A DNA stretch of 64,000 nucleotides from positions 1 through 64,000 of the forward strand of contig JBGAML010000018.1 in NCBI GenBank assembly GCA_044223005.1, given 5' to 3'. The notes under the pieces were generated by a model. The model had not been told where the DNA came from. It saw only the letters and a program-made list of their open reading frames with translations, and searched no databases. The position numbers and the translations under genes are program-made. Positions within the stretch are counted from its first letter, which is position 1; each line of letters starts with the position of its first letter. This document shows positions 36,508 through 46,912 of the stretch, piece by piece. Source of the DNA: Candidatus Eiseniibacteriota bacterium (GTDB lineage: Bacteria > Eisenbacteria > RBG-16-71-46).

Positions 36508-39144
36508 TCAGGCCGCGCGGCGCGTGACGTTCCCGGGCGCGGCCGCGCGGCGCTCGCGCACGAGCCAGCCCGGCAGGCGCAGCAGCGCCGTCGCGGCCAC
36601 GGCGACGAGCCACGTCTCCAGCGCGCCCGCGCCCGTCCACGGCACGAGCGGCAGCTGCAGCAGCGCGCACACGAGGATCGCGAACGGCAGCACCAGGATC
36701 GCGACCGGGACCAGCGTGGCCGGCGAAAGCGCCCGCCGCAGCGGGATCCCGCTCACGTCCTCGGCCTGCGGCGGTGCGGGCGAGCACGCGTGCTCGGCGC
36801 CGGCGGGCGTGCGCGCGCACCACGCGCGCAGGTCCTGCGCGAGCATCGCGGCGTGCACGCGCAGCGACAGCACGGTCGTCGCCTCGGCGGGGCGCAGGAG
36901 CAGCACGCCGTTGCGGCCCGTGGCCGGATCCGACCAGGCGAGCGCGACGCGCGGCGCCGCGAGCCAGGACGGCGGCCCGGGGTGGAGCTCGACCGCGTCG
37001 ACGCAGGCGCGCGGGATGCGCAGCGACGCCTCCTCGCCCGTGTAGGCGAGTGCGTCGTCCTCGATCGCGAGAAAGCCGAGGTCCCAGTCGTAGAATCCCT
37101 CGTAGACGCGCATCGCCGGACCCGGGGCCAGCGTGACGAAATGCGCTCCGCGCGCCGGCGTGAGCCGCGCGACGAGACGGGCCTTCAGCGCGAGCACGAT
37201 CCGCGAACCGAGCAGGTCGGCGACGCCGAGCATGGCGAAGAACGCGCACGCGAGCGCGACCGGGACCGACGCGAGCCGTGGCCAGTGGAGCATCGCGGTG
37301 GCCGCGAAGGCCGCGGCCGGGGCGAACGTTCCGGCGAGAAGCGTCCAGAGCCCGACGCGCCGGGCGGCCGCGGCCTTCCACGTGGTCGAGAACGCCTTGC
37401 CGCCCGGCGTGGCCGTCGCGGGCAGCGCGTAGCGATCCGTGACCGGGCCGGGGTCGGCGAGCAGTTCCGCGATCCGTTCCGCGGACAGCCCGGCCGCCGC
37501 GCCGATCGCGTGCGCGCGGCGCTCGGTCGAGGGGTGCGTGAGCGTCTTCTCGGCCGAGACGCTCCAGCTCACCGGGACGTGGTTCAGGTGCGAGACGCGC
37601 ACCAGCGCGCGGATCAGCGCTTCGGGATCACCGCAGAGCTTCACCGCTTGTGCATCGGCGGCGCCCTCGAAGCGGCGCGAGAGCATGCGCGGTGCGAGGA
37701 TCATGGCGAGTACGGCGAGCGCGATCACCGCCGGCATCGGCACGAACACGGCGAGCGAGCCGACGAGGCTCGCCGCCGCGACGGACGCGAGCGCGAGCCA
37801 GCGCGTGTGCCGGAGCTTCAGGTGCCCGAGCTCGTGCGCGAGGATCGCGTCGACCTCCCGCCGCTCGAGCTGCTCGACCAGCCAGTCCGTGAGCACGACG
37901 ACGTCGGCGCGAACCGCGAACGCGTTCGCCATGCGGCTGCGGCTCATCGGGACCACGTAGAGTTGCCCGAGCCGGACGCCGGCCGCCTTCGCGAGGGCCG
38001 TGACGCGGTCGCGCAGTTCGCCGCTCGAGAGCGCGATCAGCTCCATCCCCTGGCGCTTCGCGAGCCGCTGGCGGCATGCCCCGGCCGCGACGAGCCCGGC
38101 GAGGGCCGCGGCGATCGCGGGCGCGACGAAACCCTGCCCGACGAGCACCGCCGCTCCGGCGAAACCCAGCACGAGCCCGGCGAGGCTGCCGGTCGACCAC
38201 GCCGCCATCGCGAGGAGTTCGCGGCGCGTGAACGTGCCGCCCCGGGTGCACTCGGCGATCGCGTGCTGGGCGAGCACGGACGCGACGGTCGCCGAGGCCA
38301 GCGGCACGAGTGCGAGCGCGGCCGCGCCCAGCGTGCCCCACGGGCCCCACGCCTCGGCCAGCGCCACCCGCACCATGCGCGCGAGCACCGAATCCATCGC
38401 GGCGACCGTGGTGGCGAGCGTGCTCGCGACGAGGAGCCACTGGAGCCACTGCATGCCGCGGAACCACGCGCCCGCGGTGCGGCCCGCGGCGTCGCGGCGC
38501 GTGCGTTCGACGATCCACGCCGAGGCGAGCCACGGCAGCAGTAGCAGACCGGCCGCGGTCGTGGCCGCGGCGGTGCGTTCGAGTGGCGACCAGCCGAACG
38601 CGAACACGACGGACGCATGCGGCGCGTCGTTGCGCAGGACGGCGAAGCGATTCCCGCGGACGACCCCCGACCAGTCGGGATCGCGCGTCGGTTCGAGCCG
38701 GAACGGCAGCGGCTGCGGCAGAGAGAGGTAGATCGTGGTGACCGGCGCGCCCGTGGCGCGCATGCGCTCGACGACCGGTTGCGGATCGAAGCGCAACTGC
38801 CGGCCGCCGTCCTTCGTGCGGACCGTGGCGATGCGGGCCTGCGCGAAATCGAAGCGCGCGGTGGGAACCCAGACCGGCTCGCGCACCGGGCTCCCGAACG
38901 CCCGCGCGAGCGCGTCGAACACCGCCGCCGAATCCAGGGCGCCGCCGGGCAGCCCGACCCGCGCGGTCACGGTGCCGCGCTCGTGCGACTCGATCGTCAG
39001 CCACGACGCGGGGCGCGCGCCGGGCGTCCCCTGGGCACGTGCCGGAGCCGCGCCGGGCGCGACGGTGAGCGCGCTCGCGAGCGCGAGTGCGGCGAAGCCC
39101 GCGCGTGATCGCGCGCGCGGCAGGCGGCGGCCGAGGGTGCCCAT
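36508..39144 (-). CDS. Large membrane M48-family Zn metalloprotease
   Basis: ANAFA, ILAHELGH, EGAADAQA, THPS; many TMs. Confidence 0.85.
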   Translation of the reverse strand: MGTLGRRLPRARSRAGFAALALASALTVAPGAAPARAQGTPGARPASWLTIESHERGTVTARVGLPGGALDSAAVFDALARAFGSPVREPVWVPTARFDFAQARIATVRTKDGGRQLRFDPQPVVERMRATGAPVTTIYLSLPQPLPFRLEPTRDPDWSGVVRGNRFAVLRNDAPHASVVFAFGWSPLERTAAATTAAGLLLLPWLASAWIVERTRRDAAGRTAGAWFRGMQWLQWLLVASTLATTVAAMDSVLARMVRVALAEAWGPWGTLGAAALALVPLASATVASVLAQHAIAECTRGGTFTRRELLAMAAWSTGSLAGLVLGFAGAAVLVGQGFVAPAIAAALAGLVAAGACRQRLAKRQGMELIALSSGELRDRVTALAKAAGVRLGQLYVVPMSRSRMANAFAVRADVVVLTDWLVEQLERREVDAILAHELGHLKLRHTRWLALASVAAASLVGSLAVFVPMPAVIALAVLAMILAPRMLSRRFEGAADAQAVKLCGDPEALIRALVRVSHLNHVPVSWSVSAEKTLTHPSTERRAHAIGAAAGLSAERIAELLADPGPVTDRYALPATATPGGKAFSTTWKAAAARRVGLWTLLAGTFAPAAAFAATAMLHWPRLASVPVALACAFFAMLGVADLLGSRIVLALKARLVARLTPARGAHFVTLAPGPAMRVYEGFYDWDLGFLAIEDDALAYTGEEASLRIPRACVDAVELHPGPPSWLAAPRVALAWSDPATGRNGVLLLRPAEATTVLSLRVHAAMLAQDLRAWCARTPAGAEHACSPAPPQAEDVSGIPLRRALSPATLVPVAILVLPFAILVCALLQLPLVPWTGAGALETWLVAVAATALLRLPGWLVRERRAAAPGNVTRRAA

Positions 39145-39269
39145 GTTCGCGTTATCGGCCACGGCGGCCGCCGGATGCACCGCGCGCCCGGGCCGCAGTG
39201 GCGGTTCGCGAGGCCCGCGGCTAGAGTGCGCCGACCCTCGTCACCCGCTCCCCTCCTCGGAGGCAGTCG

Positions 39270-40826
39270 TTGGACTCCGGCACCCCGCTCTTCCACCAGG
39301 CGAAGTTCGACGATGCCCAGCAGGTCCTCGAGACGCTGTTCGGCTACCGCGAGTTCCGCCCGGGCCAGCGACACATCATCGACGCCGTGCTCGCGGGGCG
39401 GGACTGCATCGGCGTCATGCCCACGGGCGCCGGCAAGTCGCTCACGTTCCAGGTGCCCGCGAAGATGCTGCCGGGCACGGTGCTGGTGATCTCGCCGCTC
39501 ATCTCGCTGATGAAGGACCAGGTCGACGCGCTCGTGCGGCTGGGCTTCCGCGCGACGATGGTCAACTCGACGATCGAATTCGAGGAGCGCCGCGAGCGCC
39601 TCGCGGCACTGCGCCGGGGCGAGCTCGAACTGCTCTACCTCGCGCCCGAAGCGCTGGAGGGCTCGCTGCGAGGCTTCATCGCCGGCTGCCCCGTGAGTCT
39701 CGTCGTGGTCGACGAAGCGCATTGCATCAGCCAGTGGGGGCACGATTTCCGCCCGGCGTACCGCAAGCTGCAGGGCCTGAAGCAGGAGCTCGGCGAGATT
39801 CCCGTGCTCGCGCTCACCGCGACCGCGACGCGCCGCGTCGCGGGCGACATCATCCGCCAGCTCGGCATGCGCAAGCCCGAGGGCTTCAAGGGCTCGTTCT
39901 ACCGTTCGAACCTGCACATCACCGCGGTGCGCAAGGGCGAGCGCGACGGCCAGCCCGGGCGCAACGTACGCCGCGACCTGCTCGCGCTGTTGCGGCGGCA
40001 CGCGGGCGAGAGCGCGATCGTCTACTGCATGAGCCGCCGCGGCGTGGAGTCCACCGCCACGTGGCTCGCGGAGCAGGGCGTGCGCGCCGTGCCGTACCAC
40101 GCCGGCTTGCCCGACGAGCTGCGCGAGCGGCACCAGGACGCGTTCGCACGCGATCAGGTCGACGTGGTCGTGGCGACCGTCGCGTTCGGGATGGGCATCG
40201 ACAAGAGCAACGTGCGGCTCGTCGTGCACCGCGACATGCCCAAGAGCATCGAGGCCTGGTACCAGGAGATCGGCCGCGCCGGTCGCGACGGGCTCGCGTC
40301 GGACGTCGTGGTCTACTACTCGTGGGCCGACGTGATCGGCTACGACACGTTCCTCGACTCGATCGAGGACCCGGGCCTGCGCGAGGAGACGCGGCGCAAA
40401 ACCGTCGAGCTCTTCCGCCTGCTCGACCGCGGCGGCTGCCGGCACCAGGCCGCGTGCGCCTACTTCGACGAGACGATCGAGCCCTGCGGCGGCTCGTGCG
40501 ACACCTGCCGCGGCATCACGGTGGCCGACCTCGTCGCGCACTTCGCCGGCCGCGTGCGCCCCACCGGGACGCGCGCCGCCACGCCCGTCTTCGAGGGCGA
40601 GCTCGCCGAGAACCCGGAGCTGTTCGAACGCCTGCGCGGCGTCCGGCGCCGCATCGCGGACGCCGAGGGCGTGCCCGCCTACATCGTCTTCAGCGACGCC
40701 GCGCTGCGGCAGATGGCCGCGCGCGTGCCGCGCAGCGAGGACGAGATGCTCGCGGTGCCGGGCGTCGGGCCCGTGAAACTGCAGCGCTACGGTGCCGCGT
40801 TCCTCGAGGAGCTGCGTCGAGGCTGA
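39270..40826 (+). CDS. recQ: RecQ-family DNA helicase with HRDC domain
   Basis: PTGAGKS, DEAHCISQWGHDFRP, AFGMGIDK, QEIGRAGRDG, Zn-binding Cys cluster, GVPAYIVFSD. Confidence 0.95.
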   Translation: MDSGTPLFHQAKFDDAQQVLETLFGYREFRPGQRHIIDAVLAGRDCIGVMPTGAGKSLTFQVPAKMLPGTVLVISPLISLMKDQVDALVRLGFRATMVNSTIEFEERRERLAALRRGELELLYLAPEALEGSLRGFIAGCPVSLVVVDEAHCISQWGHDFRPAYRKLQGLKQELGEIPVLALTATATRRVAGDIIRQLGMRKPEGFKGSFYRSNLHITAVRKGERDGQPGRNVRRDLLALLRRHAGESAIVYCMSRRGVESTATWLAEQGVRAVPYHAGLPDELRERHQDAFARDQVDVVVATVAFGMGIDKSNVRLVVHRDMPKSIEAWYQEIGRAGRDGLASDVVVYYSWADVIGYDTFLDSIEDPGLREETRRKTVELFRLLDRGGCRHQAACAYFDETIEPCGGSCDTCRGITVADLVAHFAGRVRPTGTRAATPVFEGELAENPELFERLRGVRRRIADAEGVPAYIVFSDAALRQMAARVPRSEDEMLAVPGVGPVKLQRYGAAFLEELRRG

Positions 40827-41012
40827 CCGGACGGGTGTCCGCCTGCGTTTCGTAGGACGCGACACGAGAACGGGCGGTCACCTCCCGGACGTCAGGAATT
40901 CGTTCAGTCCGCCGAGGCCGCGAGGGTAAGGTCCGCGCCGGTCCCCCTGCCTCGGCGCGCCGCGGGTCCGGGTGCGCCGTCCCCGATTCCCCCCATGGAC
41001 GAGGTGTCCCCG

Positions 41013-43145
41013 ATGAGACGACTCCCCGACGTCGTGTCTCGCCGCACGTCCCGCGCCGCGCTTCCCGCCCTGCTCGCCCTGCTCGCGGCCCTCCTTCTCC
41101 CCGGCGCCGCCCATGCGATCGCCGGCAACGGCAAGCTGCAGATCCACCACATCGACGTGGGCCAGGGCGACGGCGCGCTGCTCATCTCGCCCAACGGACA
41201 GACCGCGCTGTTCGACGACGGCAACTACCTCAACTGCACCGGGATCAAGACGTACCTGCAGGGGCTCGGCATCACGACGGTGGACTACCACTTCTGCTCG
41301 CACTACCACTCGGACCACCTCGGCTGCATCGACGACCTCGCGGCGGTCGGCATCACGATCGGCACGGCCGGCTACGACCGCGGCAACACCTACTCGAGCG
41401 GCACGTACACGGCGTACGTGAACACGCTCGGGGCGAAGCGGCTCACGATGACCAAGAACCAGGTCATCACCCTGGACGCCGGCTCCGCCAACCCCGTGCT
41501 CATCAAGTGCGTCGACCTGAACGGCGCCGGCGTGTACTCGGTGAGCGGCTCCGACGAGAACGCCAAGAGCCTGTGCCTCCTCGTCAGCTACGGGAACTTC
41601 CAGGAGGAGATCAGCGGCGACCTGACCGGTGACGTCACGCTGGGCAACGACGTCGAAACGACCGTCGGCCCCGAGATGGGCCAGGTCGAGGTCTACAAGG
41701 CGCACCACCACGGCTCACGCTACTCGAACAACGACAACTGGCTGAACGCGGTGGCGGCGAAGGTCTGCGTGATCTCGTGCGGCGACGGCAACACCTACGG
41801 TCACCCGACGACCGAGGCACTGACCCGCATGCACAACCACAACATCCACACCTACTGGACCGAGACCGGCAACGGCGCGACGCCGAACGCGTCGTGGGAC
41901 AAGGTCGCGCACGGCACGGTCGTGATCCAGGCGCAGCCGGGCGCCGGCGCCACGTTCACGGTGACGGGCCCGGGCATCAACGATGCCTACACGAACGACG
42001 GCGCCCTGCCGCCGATCCACGCGACGCAATACCCGACGACGCTCACGATGCTCAAGGGCTCGCTCGCCACGGGTGACGTGACGCGGCTGCAGGTGTCGGA
42101 CGATTCGCGCATCGGCGTGTCGGCCGGCGTCTCGAGCGGTTCGTACTGGACCGACTGGTACGCGTCGACGTTCCTCGCGCATCCGCCGCTCAACCTGACG
42201 GTCACGTTCGAGGGCAGCTTCACCGTCTCGCGCACCCAGACGCTGTACGTCTACAACTTCTCGACGGCGTCGTGGACGCAGGTGAACAGCGCCACGGTGA
42301 GCACGACGGACGTGACCAAGACGTGGTCGACGTCGACGCCGGCCGCCTACGTCGGGCCGTCGAACGAGCTGCGGTTCCGCGTGACCGGCAACACCCGGAC
42401 GAGCACGTACACGAGCCGCGGCGACTTCATGAAAGTCGAGTACGACTACGCGGCGGGCACCGCTCCGGCGATGGTCGCGGGGCTGCCGCCCGCGGGCGAC
42501 GACGGCGCGGCGGCGACCGCGTCCGAGCCGCGCCGCACGCTGGACCCGGCGCTGATCCTGCCGCACGCGATGCTGCGTTCGGTCGACGCGCGGCCGACCG
42601 CGGCGGGCGTGGCGCTGCAGTGGTCGATCGGGATCCACGAGGATTCCGACGGCTTCAACGTGTACCGGCAGGCGGCCGACGGGTCGCTCGAGTTCGTGGG
42701 CAACGACGCCACGTTCACGCAGGCCGGCGACATCGATCACTTCTCGTTCGTGGACGCCAGCGCCACGGATCCGGACTGCGCCTGCACGTACTGGCTCGGC
42801 GTGCGCTCGTGCTCCGCGGCCGAGGGCATGATCGGGCCGATCCGCGTGGGTGGCGCCGACGTGGCCACGCGCGTGGCGCTGGCGGCGGGTCCCAACCCGG
42901 CGCGGGATCGTTCGCGGCTGCAGTTCGCGGTCGATCAGGCGGCGGTGGTACGACTCGACGTGCTCGACATCCAGGGCCGCGTGGTCGCCTCGCCGTTCGC
43001 CGGCCGCGTCGAACCCGGCCTCCGTTCGGTGGAGTGGAACCTCTCGCGCACGGACGGCTCGCGGGTGCCGCAGGGCATCTACTTCGCGCGCCTGACGGGT
43101 GCGGGCAGCACGCACGTCGTCCGCGTGACGGTCGTGGACCGCTGA
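41013..43145 (+). CDS. Secreted ComEC/Rec2-like metallo-beta-lactamase-fold hydrolase with C-terminal FlgD-Ig/T9SS-type domain
   Basis: Signal peptide, IDVGQGD, SHYHSDH, HHHGS, YGHP; C-terminal PNP...WNL...GIYF. Confidence 0.88.
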   Translation: MRRLPDVVSRRTSRAALPALLALLAALLLPGAAHAIAGNGKLQIHHIDVGQGDGALLISPNGQTALFDDGNYLNCTGIKTYLQGLGITTVDYHFCSHYHSDHLGCIDDLAAVGITIGTAGYDRGNTYSSGTYTAYVNTLGAKRLTMTKNQVITLDAGSANPVLIKCVDLNGAGVYSVSGSDENAKSLCLLVSYGNFQEEISGDLTGDVTLGNDVETTVGPEMGQVEVYKAHHHGSRYSNNDNWLNAVAAKVCVISCGDGNTYGHPTTEALTRMHNHNIHTYWTETGNGATPNASWDKVAHGTVVIQAQPGAGATFTVTGPGINDAYTNDGALPPIHATQYPTTLTMLKGSLATGDVTRLQVSDDSRIGVSAGVSSGSYWTDWYASTFLAHPPLNLTVTFEGSFTVSRTQTLYVYNFSTASWTQVNSATVSTTDVTKTWSTSTPAAYVGPSNELRFRVTGNTRTSTYTSRGDFMKVEYDYAAGTAPAMVAGLPPAGDDGAAATASEPRRTLDPALILPHAMLRSVDARPTAAGVALQWSIGIHEDSDGFNVYRQAADGSLEFVGNDATFTQAGDIDHFSFVDASATDPDCACTYWLGVRSCSAAEGMIGPIRVGGADVATRVALAAGPNPARDRSRLQFAVDQAAVVRLDVLDIQGRVVASPFAGRVEPGLRSVEWNLSRTDGSRVPQGIYFARLTGAGSTHVVRVTVVDR

Positions 43146-43167
43146 GCGCGGCCGGATGCGAAGTACG

Positions 43168-43197
43168 GCGGCCCGCCTCCTCCGGGAGGCGGGCCGC
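43168..43197. terminator. Hairpin between convergent genes
   Basis: GCGGCCCGCCTCC-TCCG-GGAGGCGGGCCGC. Confidence 0.65.
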
Positions 43198-43200
43198 TCG

Positions 43201-44775
43201 TCATTCGGACGTGGTGGGGAGCGCGACGGCGTCGCGCACGGTCGCCACGAGGTCGGCGACGTGGAACGGCTTGGGCAGGAATCCGCAGGCGAGCGCGAAC
43301 ACGTCGGAGGGCTGGTCGCTCGTGTCGTAGCCGCTCATGAAGAGCACGGGGGCCCGTGAGCCTCGCGCGCGCAGCGTCTCCGCCAGCTGCCGGCCGTCCA
43401 TGTGCGGCATCGTCAGGTCGGCGAGCACGAGGACGATGTTGTCGCGTCGCTGCTGCCAGATCGTGATCGCGGCCATGCCGTCCTCGGCCGCGACGACGTC
43501 GAACCCGTGCGCGCGCAGAGCCGCCGACGCCACCTGGCGCACGCCGGGTTCGTCGTCCACGACCAGGACGCAGCGGCCGGTCGCCGATGCCGTGCGGGCC
43601 GGAGCGGACGGCGCGATCGCGACCGGCAGCAGGACGCGCACGAGCGTGCCGCGGCCCACGGCCGAATCGAGGGCGATCGCGCCACCGTGCGACTGCGTCA
43701 CGCCGCGCACGACCGCGAGGCCGAGCCCGCGCCCGGCGAACTTGGTCGAGTAGAAGGGCTCGAACACGCGGTCGCGGACGTCGTCGTCCATGCCCGCCCC
43801 GGAATCCTCCACTTCGACGAACGCGTAGTTGCCCTCCGCGCAGTCGGTCCCCGCGACGAGCCGCTGCCGCTGGGCTTCGCCCATCAGCCGGAGTCCCGTG
43901 CGGATTACGATGCGGCCGTCATGGCCGTCGACGGCCTCGCCCGCGTTGGTGACGAGGTTGAGGACGAGCTGGCGCAGCGGGCCCGGATCGCCGTCGATGT
44001 CGGGGAGCGCGGGATCGAGGTGGATCTCCAGCCGGGTGCGCCGCGGTACGGCGGCGCTGAGCAGTTCGCGCGTGCCCTCCACGATCGTGTTCAAGGAGAC
44101 GCGCTGCCGCACGACCGGCCCGCGGCCGGCGTACGCCAGCATCTGGCCCGACAGCTCGGCCGCCCGCGCCGCGGCGTGCACGGCGCGGCGCAGGTGCGCG
44201 GCGGCGCCCGAGTCGGCAGGCAGTTCCGCGAGCGCGAGTTCGGCGTGGCCCATCACGCCGACCAGGAGGTTGTTGAACTCGTGCGCGACCCCGCCGGCCA
44301 GGCGCCCGAGGCTCTCCAGCTTCTGCGACTCGAGCATGCGGGCATCGAGCGTGCGCCGCTGCGCTTCGGCCTCGACACGGGACGTGATGTCGTTCGCGAC
44401 GCCGAGCAGGAGCGGCTCGCCGGAGGCGGGATCCCGGTACAGGATCTTGTGGACGTCGAACCGGCGGAGGCCGTCGCGCGTCGACAGCGCCACTTCGTAG
44501 CGAAACGGCTCGCCCGTCGCGAACACGCGCGCGTTGCTCGCGAGCACGCCCTCGACGCGGTCCGCGTCGAGCATTTCGCTGACGTGACGCCCGGCCGTCG
44601 GGCGGCCCTCGTCGCCGAAGGCGCGCTCCCATTCGCCGTTCACGAACCGCAGGATGCCGTCGCGATCGGTGACGAAGATCGCTTCGGGCAGGTGCTCGAG
44701 GACGCTCTCCAGTGGCCGCGAGCATCCGCGCGGACAGAGCGTGGAATCGACGGGGAGCCGGGCGGCTCCGTTCAC
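43201..44775 (-). CDS. PAS-domain hybrid sensor histidine kinase/receiver (start uncertain)
   Basis: PAS/PAC, QKLESLGRLAGGVAHEFNNLL, NLVTNA, GRGLGL, receiver VVDDE...DLTMPHMDG...KPF. Confidence 0.9.
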   Translation of the reverse strand: MNGAARLPVDSTLCPRGCSRPLESVLEHLPEAIFVTDRDGILRFVNGEWERAFGDEGRPTAGRHVSEMLDADRVEGVLASNARVFATGEPFRYEVALSTRDGLRRFDVHKILYRDPASGEPLLLGVANDITSRVEAEAQRRTLDARMLESQKLESLGRLAGGVAHEFNNLLVGVMGHAELALAELPADSGAAAHLRRAVHAAARAAELSGQMLAYAGRGPVVRQRVSLNTIVEGTRELLSAAVPRRTRLEIHLDPALPDIDGDPGPLRQLVLNLVTNAGEAVDGHDGRIVIRTGLRLMGEAQRQRLVAGTDCAEGNYAFVEVEDSGAGMDDDVRDRVFEPFYSTKFAGRGLGLAVVRGVTQSHGGAIALDSAVGRGTLVRVLLPVAIAPSAPARTASATGRCVLVVDDEPGVRQVASAALRAHGFDVVAAEDGMAAITIWQQRRDNIVLVLADLTMPHMDGRQLAETLRARGSRAPVLFMSGYDTSDQPSDVFALACGFLPKPFHVADLVATVRDAVALPTTSE

Positions 44776-44937
44776 GAGGGGCGTGTTCGGCAACGGACAC
44801 CTGCACAGGGGAGAGGCCGCGCCGCGTGCTGCCTGGGGCCGCGTCCTGCCGCGCCCGGGACGACCACACGCGTCGCCGGAAACGACACTAGGACCGGGCC
44901 AGAAGTACCTCAAGGACATAATGCGTCCTCACATGCA

Positions 44938-45534
44938 TCAGCTCCGGGCTCGCCGCTCCAGCACCGCGCGTACGTCGTCGAGCCCGGCCCCGACCGCGCG
45001 CAGGGCGACGAGCGCGTGGTAGAGAAGGTCCGCCGCCTCGGAGACGGCGCGGTCCCGATCGCCGTCCGCACACGCGACCGCGAGCTCCGCGGCTTCCTCA
45101 CCGAGCTTCTTGAGGCGAAGGTTGCGGTCGGTGAGCAGCTTCTGCGTCCAGCCCGCGCCTTCCACCGCGGTCGACGCGGCGCGCCGCGCGATCACGCGAT
45201 CGAGCGCCGAGAGCGCGTCGGGCTCCAGCGCGTCGTCGCGGAAACAGGAAGTGGTCCCGTCGTGACACGCGGGACCGGCCGGGTGCACGCGGGCGAGCAC
45301 GGTGTCCGCGTCGCAGTCCCACGCGAGGGATACGAGCGTCTGCACGTTGCCGCTCGTGGCGCCCTTGTGCCAGAGCCCGCGCGTGCGCGAGCGGTAGTGC
45401 ATCTCGCCCGTGGCAACGGTGCGCTCGAGCGCCTCGCGGTCCGCCCAGGCGAGCATGAGCACGACGCCGGTCCGGGCGTCCTGCGTGACGACGGGAACGA
45501 GTGTTCCCTCGGGGAGCGTCGTCGGATCGAACAT
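44938..45534 (-). CDS. hisIE: Phosphoribosyl-AMP cyclohydrolase/phosphoribosyl-ATP pyrophosphatase
   Basis: [36 protein letters not shown]. Confidence 0.95.
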   Translation of the reverse strand: MFDPTTLPEGTLVPVVTQDARTGVVLMLAWADREALERTVATGEMHYRSRTRGLWHKGATSGNVQTLVSLAWDCDADTVLARVHPAGPACHDGTTSCFRDDALEPDALSALDRVIARRAASTAVEGAGWTQKLLTDRNLRLKKLGEEAAELAVACADGDRDRAVSEAADLLYHALVALRAVGAGLDDVRAVLERRARS

Positions 45535-45602
45535 TCTGGTACCTCCTCGTGAGCGCGCGGTGGTCTCGGCCCGTGCGCGGCGATCGACCGAGTGATGGCG
45601 GG

Positions 45603-46376
45603 TCAGCGGGTGGGCGCGGCGGACCCGCGAACCGGGACGCCGTCCCGGGCGAGCGTGGACTTGATCTCGGCGAGCGAGACGACGCCGTCGTGCAGCACGC
45701 CGGCCAGGAGCGCCGCGTCGGCCCCGGCCTCGCGCAGCACGCTCGAGACGTGTTCCGGCGTCCCGGCGCCGCCCGAGGCGACCACCGGCACCGTGACGGC
45801 GGCGGCCACCATGCGCGTGAGCTCGAGGTCGTAGCCATCGCGGCCGCCGTCGCGGTCGATGCTCGTGAGCAGGATCTCGCCGGCGCCGCGCCGCACGCAC
45901 TCGCGCGCCCACGCGACCGCCTCGAGCCCCGTCGGCCGCGAACCGCCGTGCGTGTACACGCGCCACGCGCCGTCCTCGCGCTGCGCGTCGATGCTCGCGA
46001 CGACGCACTGCGCCCCGAAGCGGGCGGAGAGCTCGCCGATCGACTCGGGGTGGTCCACGGCCGCGGTGTTGAGGCTCACCTTGTCGGCACCGGCGCGCAG
46101 GACGCGCGCGCCGTCGTCCGCCGTGCGGATGCCGCCGCCGACCGTGAGCGGCACGAACAGCCGCTCGGCCGTGCGCCGCACGACGTCGAGCAGCGTGGCG
46201 CGCCCCTCGAGCGAGGCCGAGATGTCGAGGAAGACGATCTCGTCCGCGCCCTCGGACTCGTAGCGTGAGGCCATCGCGGCGGGCTCGCCCACGTCGCGCA
46301 GGCCTTCGAAGCGCACGCCCTTCACGGTGCGCCCATCGCGCACATCGAGGCACGCGATCACGCGGCGCGTCAGCAC
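45603..46376 (-). CDS. hisF: Imidazole glycerol phosphate synthase subunit HisF
   Basis: [35 protein letters not shown]. Confidence 0.96.
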   Translation of the reverse strand: MLTRRVIACLDVRDGRTVKGVRFEGLRDVGEPAAMASRYESEGADEIVFLDISASLEGRATLLDVVRRTAERLFVPLTVGGGIRTADDGARVLRAGADKVSLNTAAVDHPESIGELSARFGAQCVVASIDAQREDGAWRVYTHGGSRPTGLEAVAWARECVRRGAGEILLTSIDRDGGRDGYDLELTRMVAAAVTVPVVASGGAGTPEHVSSVLREAGADAALLAGVLHDGVVSLAEIKSTLARDGVPVRGSAAPTR

Positions 46377-46912
46377 GAACCGTCCTCCCAGCGCACCGAA
46401 CCCTTCGTACTGAAGAGCGGACCGGCTTCCGCGAGCGCGCCGCGCAGCGAGAGGCCGAGTGCCTTGAACGCGGCCTCGACCACGTGGTGCCGGTCGGTGC
46501 CGCGCAGCACGCGCACGTGCAGCGTCGTGCGCGCCTGCATCGCGAACGAGCGCAGGAAGTGGTCGTAGAGCGACGACGGCAGTGGCCCGCGGTAGTACGG
46601 CCGGCCGCCGGTGTCGAGCACCACCTGCACGAGCGCGTCGTCCATCGGGATCGTGCGCTCGGCGTAGCGGCGCGCGCGCTCGGGGACGGCCCGCGCGACG
46701 GCCTCGCCCAGCGCGATCGCGACGTCCTCGACGAGGTGGTGCTTCAGGTCGCCGCGGGCGGTCAGGGCCAGTCCCGCGCCCGCGTAGAAGGCGAGCGTCG
46801 CGAGCATGTGGTCGAGGAACGGTTCGCCGGTGGCGACCGTCACCTCGCCGCCGCCCGGCGCGAACCCCACCTCGACCCGCGTCTCCTTCGTCTCGCGCAC
46901 GATCCGTTTCAT
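46370..46912 (-). CDS. hisB: Imidazoleglycerol-phosphate dehydratase
   Basis: [34 protein letters not shown]. Confidence 0.95.
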   Translation of the reverse strand: MKRIVRETKETRVEVGFAPGGGEVTVATGEPFLDHMLATLAFYAGAGLALTARGDLKHHLVEDVAIALGEAVARAVPERARRYAERTIPMDDALVQVVLDTGGRPYYRGPLPSSLYDHFLRSFAMQARTTLHVRVLRGTDRHHVVEAAFKALGLSLRGALAEAGPLFSTKGSVRWEDGSC

